Origin: Promethearchaeota archaeon
GTDB taxonomy: Archaea; Asgardarchaeota; Lokiarchaeia; Sigyniarchaeales; SOKP01
Assembly: GCA_016839705.1 (NCBI GenBank)
Contig: JAEOTR010000051.1
Coordinates: 1-24,232, forward strand
Length of the DNA stretch: 24,232 bases
Direction of reading: 5' to 3'
Below, piece after piece: positions 17,045 through 24,232 of the stretch (its first letter is position 1; each line of letters begins with the position of its first letter). The notes beneath the pieces are model-generated. The model was not told the DNA's origin. It did not search any database and saw only the letters and a list, made by a program, of their open reading frames with translations. Made by a program: the position numbers and the translations under genes.

Positions 17045-17974
17045 ATGACGAGTATAAAAGAAATAACAGAGAAATTTCATGAAAATTTAACCCTTAAAGG
17101 ATATAAAGGCAAAATTATGCATGCAAAACACATTCCCGATTTAAGGAATGATATAAAAATGCGTCATGAACAGAACCTTATTTATCCTCAACTATATGAA
17201 GATTATAAGGCATACTTCGAATTCGAACCGAGTGTAGATTTTGACCAGATAAATTCGATGTTTATAATCGCAGTTCCAGTCCCACAGTATGAAGCAAGAT
17301 TTCGTAGGAATAAAAATGTGCTTTCTCTTCTTATCCCTCCAACATATTTATATGGACTGGATATTATTACCCAATTAAAAGATTTTATGTCTGAATTATT
17401 AAATCCAGAGGGATATAAAGTTGCTCACGCTCAGTTACCTCAAAAAACTTTGGCCGTGCGGAGTGGCTTAGCGGAGTATGGGAGAAATAATATTACCTAT
17501 GTTTCGGGATTGGGAAGTTACCACCGATTAACGACCTTTTATTCCGACTTTCCTGTTGATCAAGATAATTGGCAAGAACTTCGAATGATGGATTTATGCA
17601 TAGAATGCTCTGCTTGCGTTCGTAAATGCCCGACAGGAGCAATTCCTACGGATAGATTCCTTTTACGTGCTGGTCGATGTTTAACCTATCATAATGAACA
17701 ACCCGGAGATGTTTCCTTTCCGAAGTGGATAGATTCTACATGGCATAATTGTTTAGTTGGTTGTCTTCACTGTCAAAGAGTATGTCCTGCAAATAAAAAA
17801 GTAAAATATTGGATAGAGCCGGGACCAGAGTTTTCTGAAGAAGAGACTGAATTTATTTTGAATGATAAGAAACTTGAACATTTACCTGAAGGATTAAAGA
17901 AAAAAATAACTAAATTTGATTTAGATAATTATTTAGAGCTGTTTCCTCGAAATCTGGGAGTGTTCTTCCCATAA
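17045..17974 (+). CDS. Epoxyqueuosine reductase (QueG)-like double 4Fe-4S, putative cobalamin-binding protein
   Basis: LPQKTLAVRSGLAEYGRNN, GSYHRL, CIECSACVRKCPTGAI, RCLTY, GCLHCQRVCP.N. Confidence 0.85.
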   Translation: MTSIKEITEKFHENLTLKGYKGKIMHAKHIPDLRNDIKMRHEQNLIYPQLYEDYKAYFEFEPSVDFDQINSMFIIAVPVPQYEARFRRNKNVLSLLIPPTYLYGLDIITQLKDFMSELLNPEGYKVAHAQLPQKTLAVRSGLAEYGRNNITYVSGLGSYHRLTTFYSDFPVDQDNWQELRMMDLCIECSACVRKCPTGAIPTDRFLLRAGRCLTYHNEQPGDVSFPKWIDSTWHNCLVGCLHCQRVCPANKKVKYWIEPGPEFSEEETEFILNDKKLEHLPEGLKKKITKFDLDNYLELFPRNLGVFFP

Positions 17975-18016
17975 ATTTGAAAATTAATTAATTCAAAATA
18001 TATAAAACTAAGAATT

Positions 18017-18940
18017 ATGCTAAGTCAGGAGAAATTACTTAGGGATGGTAAGCTTCACATTTTTCTATTAGGCTCGGGAGGACCATTTAACAATGAAAAA
18101 AGAGTTTCTTCAAGTATTGCTGTTATTGTTGATGGAGAATTTCTTCTTTTTGATGTCGGACCGGGTACATATCGGAATGCAGATTTGTTAAGGCTTCCCG
18201 TAATGCAATTAAGTGGGATTTTTCTTACTCATTTTCATTCAGATCACATTGGAGATTTAGGGGAGGTGAATATTATGTCATGGGCGAGTGGAAGATCGAA
18301 AGCACTTAAAGTGTATGGTCCTAGGGGAGTGGATAAGGTTGTAAATGGATTTAAAATGGCCTATGAATATGATATGGGATATAGAATTGCCCATCATGGG
18401 GTAGAAATTGTACCTCCTGAAGCAGGAGTACTCATAAGTAAAAGTATAACAATAAAAGACTCTAATGAGCGAGAATTATGTTATGATAAAAATGGGGTCA
18501 AAATTTATGCATTTGAAGTGGATCATTCTCCCGTAAATCCAGCTGTTGGATATAGAATAGAATATAAAGGTTTAGTAGTTGTAATAACAGGTGATACGAT
18601 AAAAACAGAAAATCTAGTTAAACAATGCAAAAATGCGGATATTTTGTTCAGTGAAGCTATTTCTTTTGATTTACTAAATAATATGATTAACTTAGTAAAA
18701 AATCTAAATCCTAGAGTCGCTAAAATTTTGACAGATATTCAGAATTATCATATGGATCCTGTTTCAGCCGCAAAACTGGCGAAAGAAGCACAAGTAAAGA
18801 AACTTGTTTTCGTTCATATTACTCCTCCATTGCTAAATAAAAATGTTGAAAATATTTATTTAGAAGGAGTGACTGATGTATTCGATGGTGAAGTGATTTT
18901 GGGTGAAGACCGAATGAAATTTAGCCTTGAACCATCTTAA
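18017..18940 (+). CDS. MBL-fold metallohydrolase, RNase Z/ElaC/AtsA-like
   Basis: LLGSGGP, LFDVGPG, THFHSDH (HxHxDH), VDH.PV.PA.GYR, TGDT, SEA, YH, LVFVH. Confidence 0.9.
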   Translation: MLSQEKLLRDGKLHIFLLGSGGPFNNEKRVSSSIAVIVDGEFLLFDVGPGTYRNADLLRLPVMQLSGIFLTHFHSDHIGDLGEVNIMSWASGRSKALKVYGPRGVDKVVNGFKMAYEYDMGYRIAHHGVEIVPPEAGVLISKSITIKDSNERELCYDKNGVKIYAFEVDHSPVNPAVGYRIEYKGLVVVITGDTIKTENLVKQCKNADILFSEAISFDLLNNMINLVKNLNPRVAKILTDIQNYHMDPVSAAKLAKEAQVKKLVFVHITPPLLNKNVENIYLEGVTDVFDGEVILGEDRMKFSLEPS

Positions 18941-18958
18941 TATATTCTCTAATAAAAG

Positions 18959-19819
18959 CTATTTTTTAAAAATAAGAGAAAAATATTTCTTAAGGTCTTT
19001 TGCTCTTACAAAAAAGGCAGGTACTTCTTCCTTATATTTTTTGTATCCTTCCCCGAATCTTTCTATTAATTCCTTTTCTTCCACATATTTTATATGAATA
19101 TTGATTCCAATCATAAAAATTATATAATAGATGATTGAGTAAATCGAAAATCTTAAACATATGCCTGCTATACTAAACAGCATTAAACAATGATACGTTG
19201 GATGACGTAAAATAGAGTAAATTTCATGATTTTGGAGAGTAGACTCTTTGGGATAATATATATAGACTAAAGCCATATAATCAATGCCAAACACATTTAA
19301 AATTTTCGACATCAAAACCATCATAATACCAACGAATAAGAGAAAGAACATCAACCTAATAACTAAGGAGATAATTGAAGAGTTAAGAAAAAAATCAAGA
19401 AGAGGATAAGCTAAAAACCAGTTAAGACTTTGAATATCAATGAAGGGTACAATGAAATCTGCTGGGAAGAAGTTATGAATTACAACGGAAATAATCATCG
19501 GAATACTTATCACCACAATTTTAAATGCTTTTTGATAGGCTAATTCACCAAATTCACTCAAATATTTATCTCGTACTCTCCAGAATGAATACACTAGTGA
19601 AAAACCAATACTTAATATGATTAATGATCCAAAGATTGGAGTAAATGGAGCTAAAATTTGTAAGATAATATTTTCCTTAAAGATTCGGGGGAGTGAATCA
19701 AAAAATAATTGAAAAAATAGTGAACTCAAGAAGACAAAGAATGCTACAATTAAGAATTTGAAAAGCTTTTTTCTTTGATAATCAGGTAATTTTTCTTTTA
19801 ATTTTTCTAATCCTTTCAT
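18959..19819 (-). CDS. Isoprenylcysteine carboxyl methyltransferase (ICMT/Ste14)/PEMT-like integral membrane methyltransferase
   Basis: C-terminal signature IYSILRHPTY...EEKELIERFGEGYKKYKEEVPAF with multiple N-terminal TM helices. Confidence 0.82.
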   Translation of the reverse strand: MKGLEKLKEKLPDYQRKKLFKFLIVAFFVFLSSLFFQLFFDSLPRIFKENIILQILAPFTPIFGSLIILSIGFSLVYSFWRVRDKYLSEFGELAYQKAFKIVVISIPMIISVVIHNFFPADFIVPFIDIQSLNWFLAYPLLDFFLNSSIISLVIRLMFFLLFVGIMMVLMSKILNVFGIDYMALVYIYYPKESTLQNHEIYSILRHPTYHCLMLFSIAGICLRFSIYSIIYYIIFMIGINIHIKYVEEKELIERFGEGYKKYKEEVPAFFVRAKDLKKYFSLIFKK

Positions 19820-19984
19820 TCAATTTTCCTACAGTAGCAATATTATTTAAATTTAGGTCTGATGAAATAAGTTTAATTTCTACAAAGAAGATAATAATAG
19901 ATAATCGTCAAACTAGTTCCATTTTTATATAATAAATTCATACATTAGTACATTCAACATAAAAATTCATATTGATTTTGAAAA

Positions 19985-20815
19985 ATGCCAATTGCTAAGG
20001 TTATTGATACTGAATTATATTATGAGACTATTGGATTGGGTACTCCTTTTTTAGTCATGCATGGGGGATTGGGTGTTGATCATACGTACTTCCGCCCTCT
20101 TCTTGATCAATTTGGTGATATATTTCAAATCACTTATTACGATCAAAGAGGACATGGTAGGTCGAAAGAGGTATCTGTTGATTCAATTAATTATGAACAG
20201 CTCGCGGATGATGCCAACAACTTACGTGAGACGTTAGGCCATGATAAAATGGGAATTATTGGGCATTCTGCAGGTGGATTTGTAGCATTACATTATGCAT
20301 TACGTCATCAAAAACACCTGAGTTATTTGATTCTTCTCGATACTGCTCCGGCATTTAAGCATATGGAAGAAATCATGGGAATAATTCAAGGAAGAAACCC
20401 TTCTCCAGAAGTACTTGCTACTTTCAATGCACCAGTCGCAGATACAAAATTAGAATTAAAAAACCAGCTTAAAACTATGCATTCTCTATATTTCTCTGAT
20501 TATACTTCTGAAATAGAAGATAATATAAACAGTATAATAGATAAAATGATATTAAAACCTGAGATTATGAAACGTGGTGGTAAATTGATGGAAACCTATG
20601 ACGTGAACTCACTGCTTACAAAAATCCATGTTCCTACATTAATATTAGTAGGTAGAGATGATTTTATATGTCCACCATCGCAAGCTCAACTAATGCATAA
20701 TATTATTTCTAATTCTGAATTATTTATATTCGAGAATTGTGGGCATTACCCATTTCTTGAGGCACCTGACGAATTTTTCAGTGTGATACGTAAGTGGTTT
20801 AAAAAATTTGATTGA
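19985..20815 (+). CDS. Alpha/beta hydrolase (proline iminopeptidase-like)
   Basis: Oxyanion HGGLG, YDQRGHGRS, nucleophile GHSAGG, GRDD acid, CGHYP His. Confidence 0.92.
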   Translation: MPIAKVIDTELYYETIGLGTPFLVMHGGLGVDHTYFRPLLDQFGDIFQITYYDQRGHGRSKEVSVDSINYEQLADDANNLRETLGHDKMGIIGHSAGGFVALHYALRHQKHLSYLILLDTAPAFKHMEEIMGIIQGRNPSPEVLATFNAPVADTKLELKNQLKTMHSLYFSDYTSEIEDNINSIIDKMILKPEIMKRGGKLMETYDVNSLLTKIHVPTLILVGRDDFICPPSQAQLMHNIISNSELFIFENCGHYPFLEAPDEFFSVIRKWFKKFD

Positions 20816-20824
20816 ATTTAATAA

Positions 20825-21412
20825 CTATTTTTTTATTCCTTTAATAAATACCATTCCCTTCTGACTCACTTCTCGATCTTGGTCATTTTTTTTTACAAAG
20901 GAAATAGATACTTCCCAACCTATTGATTTAAAATATTCTGGTATTTCATTTACATTTAAATCCCACTTTGGGTGCATGGAAAAAACATCTATGAAGATTT
21001 GGCTCAGATTTTTGCTTAATTCTGCCAAATTGTTAATTAACGAGAAAAATTCATCTTGCTCTAAATAATAGACAAGTCCTTCCATTATCCAAAAGGTTGG
21101 GATCTCCTTGGAAAACCCCTTTTTTATTAGATGGGATGACCAGCTTGGTTCGATCAAATCGGCAGATAAACGTACAACTTTACACAACGGCCTTTTCTTC
21201 TGCATAACTTTCTCTTTATGATCGAAGACAATAGGAAAATCAATTTCAAAAACAATATTTTGATTAATTTGAAGAGGTTCAAACCGATACGCCCGTGTGT
21301 CTAAACCTGCCCCAAGAAGTACTATTTGGGATTGTGAATGTGTGTTACACCATGGTGTTAGCAAATTTTCTTCAATAAAATTTGACCGAATGGTGGGATA
21401 ATCCATTGACAA
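20825..21412 (-). CDS. SAM-dependent methyltransferase, LCM/O-methyltransferase family, N-terminally shortened (possibly degenerate)
   Basis: QIVLLGAGLDTRAYR, VFEID, LSADL, PTFWIMEGLVYYL. The start may be ATG 21406. Confidence 0.8.
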   Translation of the reverse strand: MSMDYPTIRSNFIEENLLTPWCNTHSQSQIVLLGAGLDTRAYRFEPLQINQNIVFEIDFPIVFDHKEKVMQKKRPLCKVVRLSADLIEPSWSSHLIKKGFSKEIPTFWIMEGLVYYLEQDEFFSLINNLAELSKNLSQIFIDVFSMHPKWDLNVNEIPEYFKSIGWEVSISFVKKNDQDREVSQKGMVFIKGIKK

Positions 21413-21548
21413 TTAGATAACACCTAGTGTAAGAATTTTAATTAAAGAATATTAGGTAAGATGGAAATTAAAATAAATTTGTTTTAAAATATAAAAAATA
21501 TAGAATTAGATCAAATTTTTTTTATATTGAGATGGTTTATCATACTTT

Positions 21549-22709
21549 ATGAGCCTAATAAACATCTTCATTGAAATTCATCTTAAGTTGAAACAATACA
21601 AGCTACAATTTATATTCTTCTTCTTATTTTGGTTTGGTGGTTTCCTATTTTTTCTAATCAGCGAACCCACTGACAGCTTAAGCAATATATTCTTATATTC
21701 ATTAACTATTCGTACTCCTATAGGTGCGGGAGATTTCGCTAACTTTTATGCATTAATATGGCCTATTCTTTTAGAGGTAATTTTTTTTGGATTCATTATG
21801 GGGGAATTATTAGAAAAATATAATCCTATTATTACTAGTAGAATTCTAGCTCAACATAGAAGGAATCATACTGTAGTTATTGGATATCACCATCTTGCCG
21901 AGAGAATTATAGAGTTTTGTATTGAAAATAAAAAAGCGTTCTGTCTTATCGAGGATAATTATGAATTAGTTGAAGATTTAATTAATGCGAGCTGTCCTGT
22001 GGTTGTTGGAGATCCCACTGAAACTTCTAACCTAAAATTTGCTAACATTAAAAATGCTAAAGAAGTCTTCATCACTATTGATGATGTACGAATTGTAATA
22101 ATTTGTACTGAAAAAATCCGCGAACTCAATCCAGATTGCTCAATTTATGTTAGAGCATTTGAAGACCATGTACAAGAATATCTCACTCAAGAACCGTTAA
22201 ACGCATTTTCATTTTCTACTTCAAAATGGGCGATGGATGGCATTCAAGAATGGACTAAAGATAAGAAAGGAAAAGCAATTGTGGTTGGTCGAGACAGGCT
22301 AACTCATCGAATTGCCTATCATATATCTTTGCAACCCGAACGCGAGATATACCTTTTTGATGATGAACACGATGGTATCGAATTTCCAGAAAATTCACAA
22401 ATACATATCATAAATGAGTTTGCTTGCTTTTTAAGTGATTTTCAACCCTATCTGAATTTAGAAGAGGTAACCCAATTCTTCATATGCTGGAAACGAGAAT
22501 CTGAATTTGATGAATCAATTTATTTGACTTCTAAGCTTCATTTACGATACCCTCATATTGAGGTGTATGTACGCATCTTTGATGAAGAACTCATTGATTT
22601 AGTTGAAAAAAATAATGGTAAAACCTTTTCATCCTCTGACAATGCATTTAAAATGCTCCAAAAAGAAGTCTTAGAAGATTCTGCTATCGCGGTTAAAAAT
22701 AAAGCCTAA
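21549..22709 (+). CDS. TrkA-N/RCK domain membrane protein with channel-like architecture (TM, pore-like segment, TM, two RCK-like domains)
   Basis: Two TM helices, then NHTVVIGY, VVVGDPT...LK.ANI..A, IYVRA, and a second unit AIVVGR...VYVRIF. Confidence 0.82.
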   Translation: MSLINIFIEIHLKLKQYKLQFIFFFLFWFGGFLFFLISEPTDSLSNIFLYSLTIRTPIGAGDFANFYALIWPILLEVIFFGFIMGELLEKYNPIITSRILAQHRRNHTVVIGYHHLAERIIEFCIENKKAFCLIEDNYELVEDLINASCPVVVGDPTETSNLKFANIKNAKEVFITIDDVRIVIICTEKIRELNPDCSIYVRAFEDHVQEYLTQEPLNAFSFSTSKWAMDGIQEWTKDKKGKAIVVGRDRLTHRIAYHISLQPEREIYLFDDEHDGIEFPENSQIHIINEFACFLSDFQPYLNLEEVTQFFICWKRESEFDESIYLTSKLHLRYPHIEVYVRIFDEELIDLVEKNNGKTFSSSDNAFKMLQKEVLEDSAIAVKNKA

Positions 22710-22728
22710 GTTTAAATTGTAGAACCGC

Positions 22729-24126
22729 TTAGAGGGAATTGTTATCTTTACTAGTCTCTCCGATACTTGTAGTATCTTCTTCGGTTTTTTCAGTGATAGT
22801 CTCAGGTTCTTTAAATTCTTCTTCAATTGGTTCTGTTTCTTTTATTTTTATGTTTTTAGCATCCAAGAAATTTTGTACTTCGGGGGCACCTACTTTATTA
22901 GAATCAATTGCTCCTCTAGCTTCTAAATAATCTCTAAAATCATTTACTATTAGTACGACGTCCTCAGGATAAAACTTTTTCTTAATAATAAATCCTTTTC
23001 TTTCTAAGGAATGTTCCGCATACCACCAATAAAAGCTAACTATGACCAGAATCACTAAAAAATTGGTAATAAGATTAATTTGATTTCTGTCTGCGAATAC
23101 GCCCGTGAGAGAACCCGCTCCAGTAACCATGATAATTTGACCCTCAATATAGAGGAGAGTGAACGCGAAAAGAAAGAAGGGCATATTATTTGCTTTAAAA
23201 ATTACCGAATCGTAGACTTTATCACCAAGACTTTTTAATACTAAAAAGGCCGTTAAAATCATAAGTAATATATCAATAAATCTCGTAATTGCTTCTCCTT
23301 CTGAAGAAGACTGAACAACTCCTCGAAGGGCATTTAAGAAGCTAAAGGTTCTAAACCATATTAGAAGCCATATAAGAATGTAAAACATAGAAGAATAGCT
23401 ATTAGATGATCCAATCTTTCTACTTTTGTAAAAGAGTGTAGTTAAACGCCATGAAGTAATAAAAATTATCACTAAAACGATTATGTTACATACAGCATAC
23501 AATGGAAACGGTTTTTGAGGTGACGGAGCAAAATCACTTAAAAAACCAAAGAATGTAGCTAACTGAAGTAAAATTGGAATAATCAACGCCACAATAAGTA
23601 AGATTAAATCAATTAATCCTTTTGTTTTTGATGTTCCATGTTTATTAATTATTTTATTTTCTATTTTCATAGAGACATCTTCAAACCAAATTCTTAAATA
23701 GAAGATTTGCACTAAACTCCAACCAAAATAAACAACAAGGAAAATCACAGGAAGAGCGACATCCCATGCTAAAAATTGTATGGTTATTTGATTAGAGGAG
23801 GCCATTAGAAAGTAGGGAAGGACAATTGCAAATGCTATAAAATAATTAATAAAGAAATAGATCAACTTCCTTAGATCAAATGTCTTTTCTGGAGAGAAGA
23901 GATAGGGTTCAAGTTGAGGAATAAGACCTTCAAGCATTAGAAAAATGAATGTTATTGAAAGCGTCGTTGCCAAAAATAAAATTCCGGTCCCTACTTCTGG
24001 ACTTGGGATAAAACTCAATAGGGCAATTAAGAAGGATGATAACACAAAAATGATTGTGTAAAGGAAATGACTATTATTAAAAATCTTATGAAAGTACTTA
24101 TCCAAAAATTCTTGAATTTTATTCAT
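22729..24126 (-). CDS. Hypothetical polytopic membrane protein (about 11 TM) with acidic C-terminal tail
   Basis: Long ORF with many hydrophobic helices and an E/T-rich tail (ETEPIEEEFKEPETITEKTEEDTT). ATG 24126 (MNKIQ) is preferred over TTG 24213. Confidence 0.78.
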   Translation of the reverse strand: MNKIQEFLDKYFHKIFNNSHFLYTIIFVLSSFLIALLSFIPSPEVGTGILFLATTLSITFIFLMLEGLIPQLEPYLFSPEKTFDLRKLIYFFINYFIAFAIVLPYFLMASSNQITIQFLAWDVALPVIFLVVYFGWSLVQIFYLRIWFEDVSMKIENKIINKHGTSKTKGLIDLILLIVALIIPILLQLATFFGFLSDFAPSPQKPFPLYAVCNIIVLVIIFITSWRLTTLFYKSRKIGSSNSYSSMFYILIWLLIWFRTFSFLNALRGVVQSSSEGEAITRFIDILLMILTAFLVLKSLGDKVYDSVIFKANNMPFFLFAFTLLYIEGQIIMVTGAGSLTGVFADRNQINLITNFLVILVIVSFYWWYAEHSLERKGFIIKKKFYPEDVVLIVNDFRDYLEARGAIDSNKVGAPEVQNFLDAKNIKIKETEPIEEEFKEPETITEKTEEDTTSIGETSKDNNSL

Positions 24127-24232
24127 TATCCATTCGCTCTTTTTAACTTCAATGATTAAGTTGTGAGTTGTATATCTGAAATGGTATATAAATCTTGTTA
24201 TTGAACGGATCAATTTCTAGACAAGGATATAA

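Noticed and set aside
18017-18940. Assignment as genuine tRNase Z (rnz)
   Set aside because: The tRNA-binding flexible arm is absent, so only the fold-level call is supported.
1-24232. tRNA, rRNA, IS elements, prophage or eukaryotic signature proteins
   Set aside because: Intergenic gaps are short (at most about 200 bp) and AT-rich with no cloverleaf or GC-rich structured RNA. No transposase, integrase, capsid, actin, ESCRT, ubiquitin or small GTPase motifs were seen.

Overview
AT-rich, gene-dense prokaryotic window with about 25 CDS in frequently alternating orientation. I found no rRNA, tRNA, CRISPR array, transposase, integrase or phage genes. T-tract terminators, TATA-like AT-rich intergenic regions, the gene repertoire and many orphan membrane proteins suggest an archaeon, most plausibly Asgard/Lokiarchaeia. 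This is inference: no marker gene is present. Contents in order: end of an M29 aminopeptidase, a small membrane protein, an ArsB/NhaD/SLC13-type permease, a PD-(D/E)XK nuclease-XPD/DinG Fe-S helicase fusion, a two-subunit CoA-transferase, a membrane-anchored beta-rich protein, VOC, DUF998, NapH-like ferredoxin, PNPOx-like, Fpg/MutM, an orphan membrane protein, MDR reductase, DUF1847, DUF1801, MFS, a second orphan membrane protein, QueG-like Fe-S protein, RNase Z-like MBL hydrolase, ICMT-like methyltransferase, alpha/beta hydrolase, a shortened LCM-type methyltransferase, an RCK-domain channel-like protein without a K+ filter, and a large orphan membrane protein. The most notable signals not explained by the ORF track are a 51-bp intergenic element present twice (41/51 identical, 17-bp perfect core) upstream of fpg and the MFS gene, and a 13-bp perfect inverted repeat that would sequester the SD-like site of the membrane-anchored protein gene. 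I cannot demonstrate a coherent novel multi-gene system. All findings are leads.
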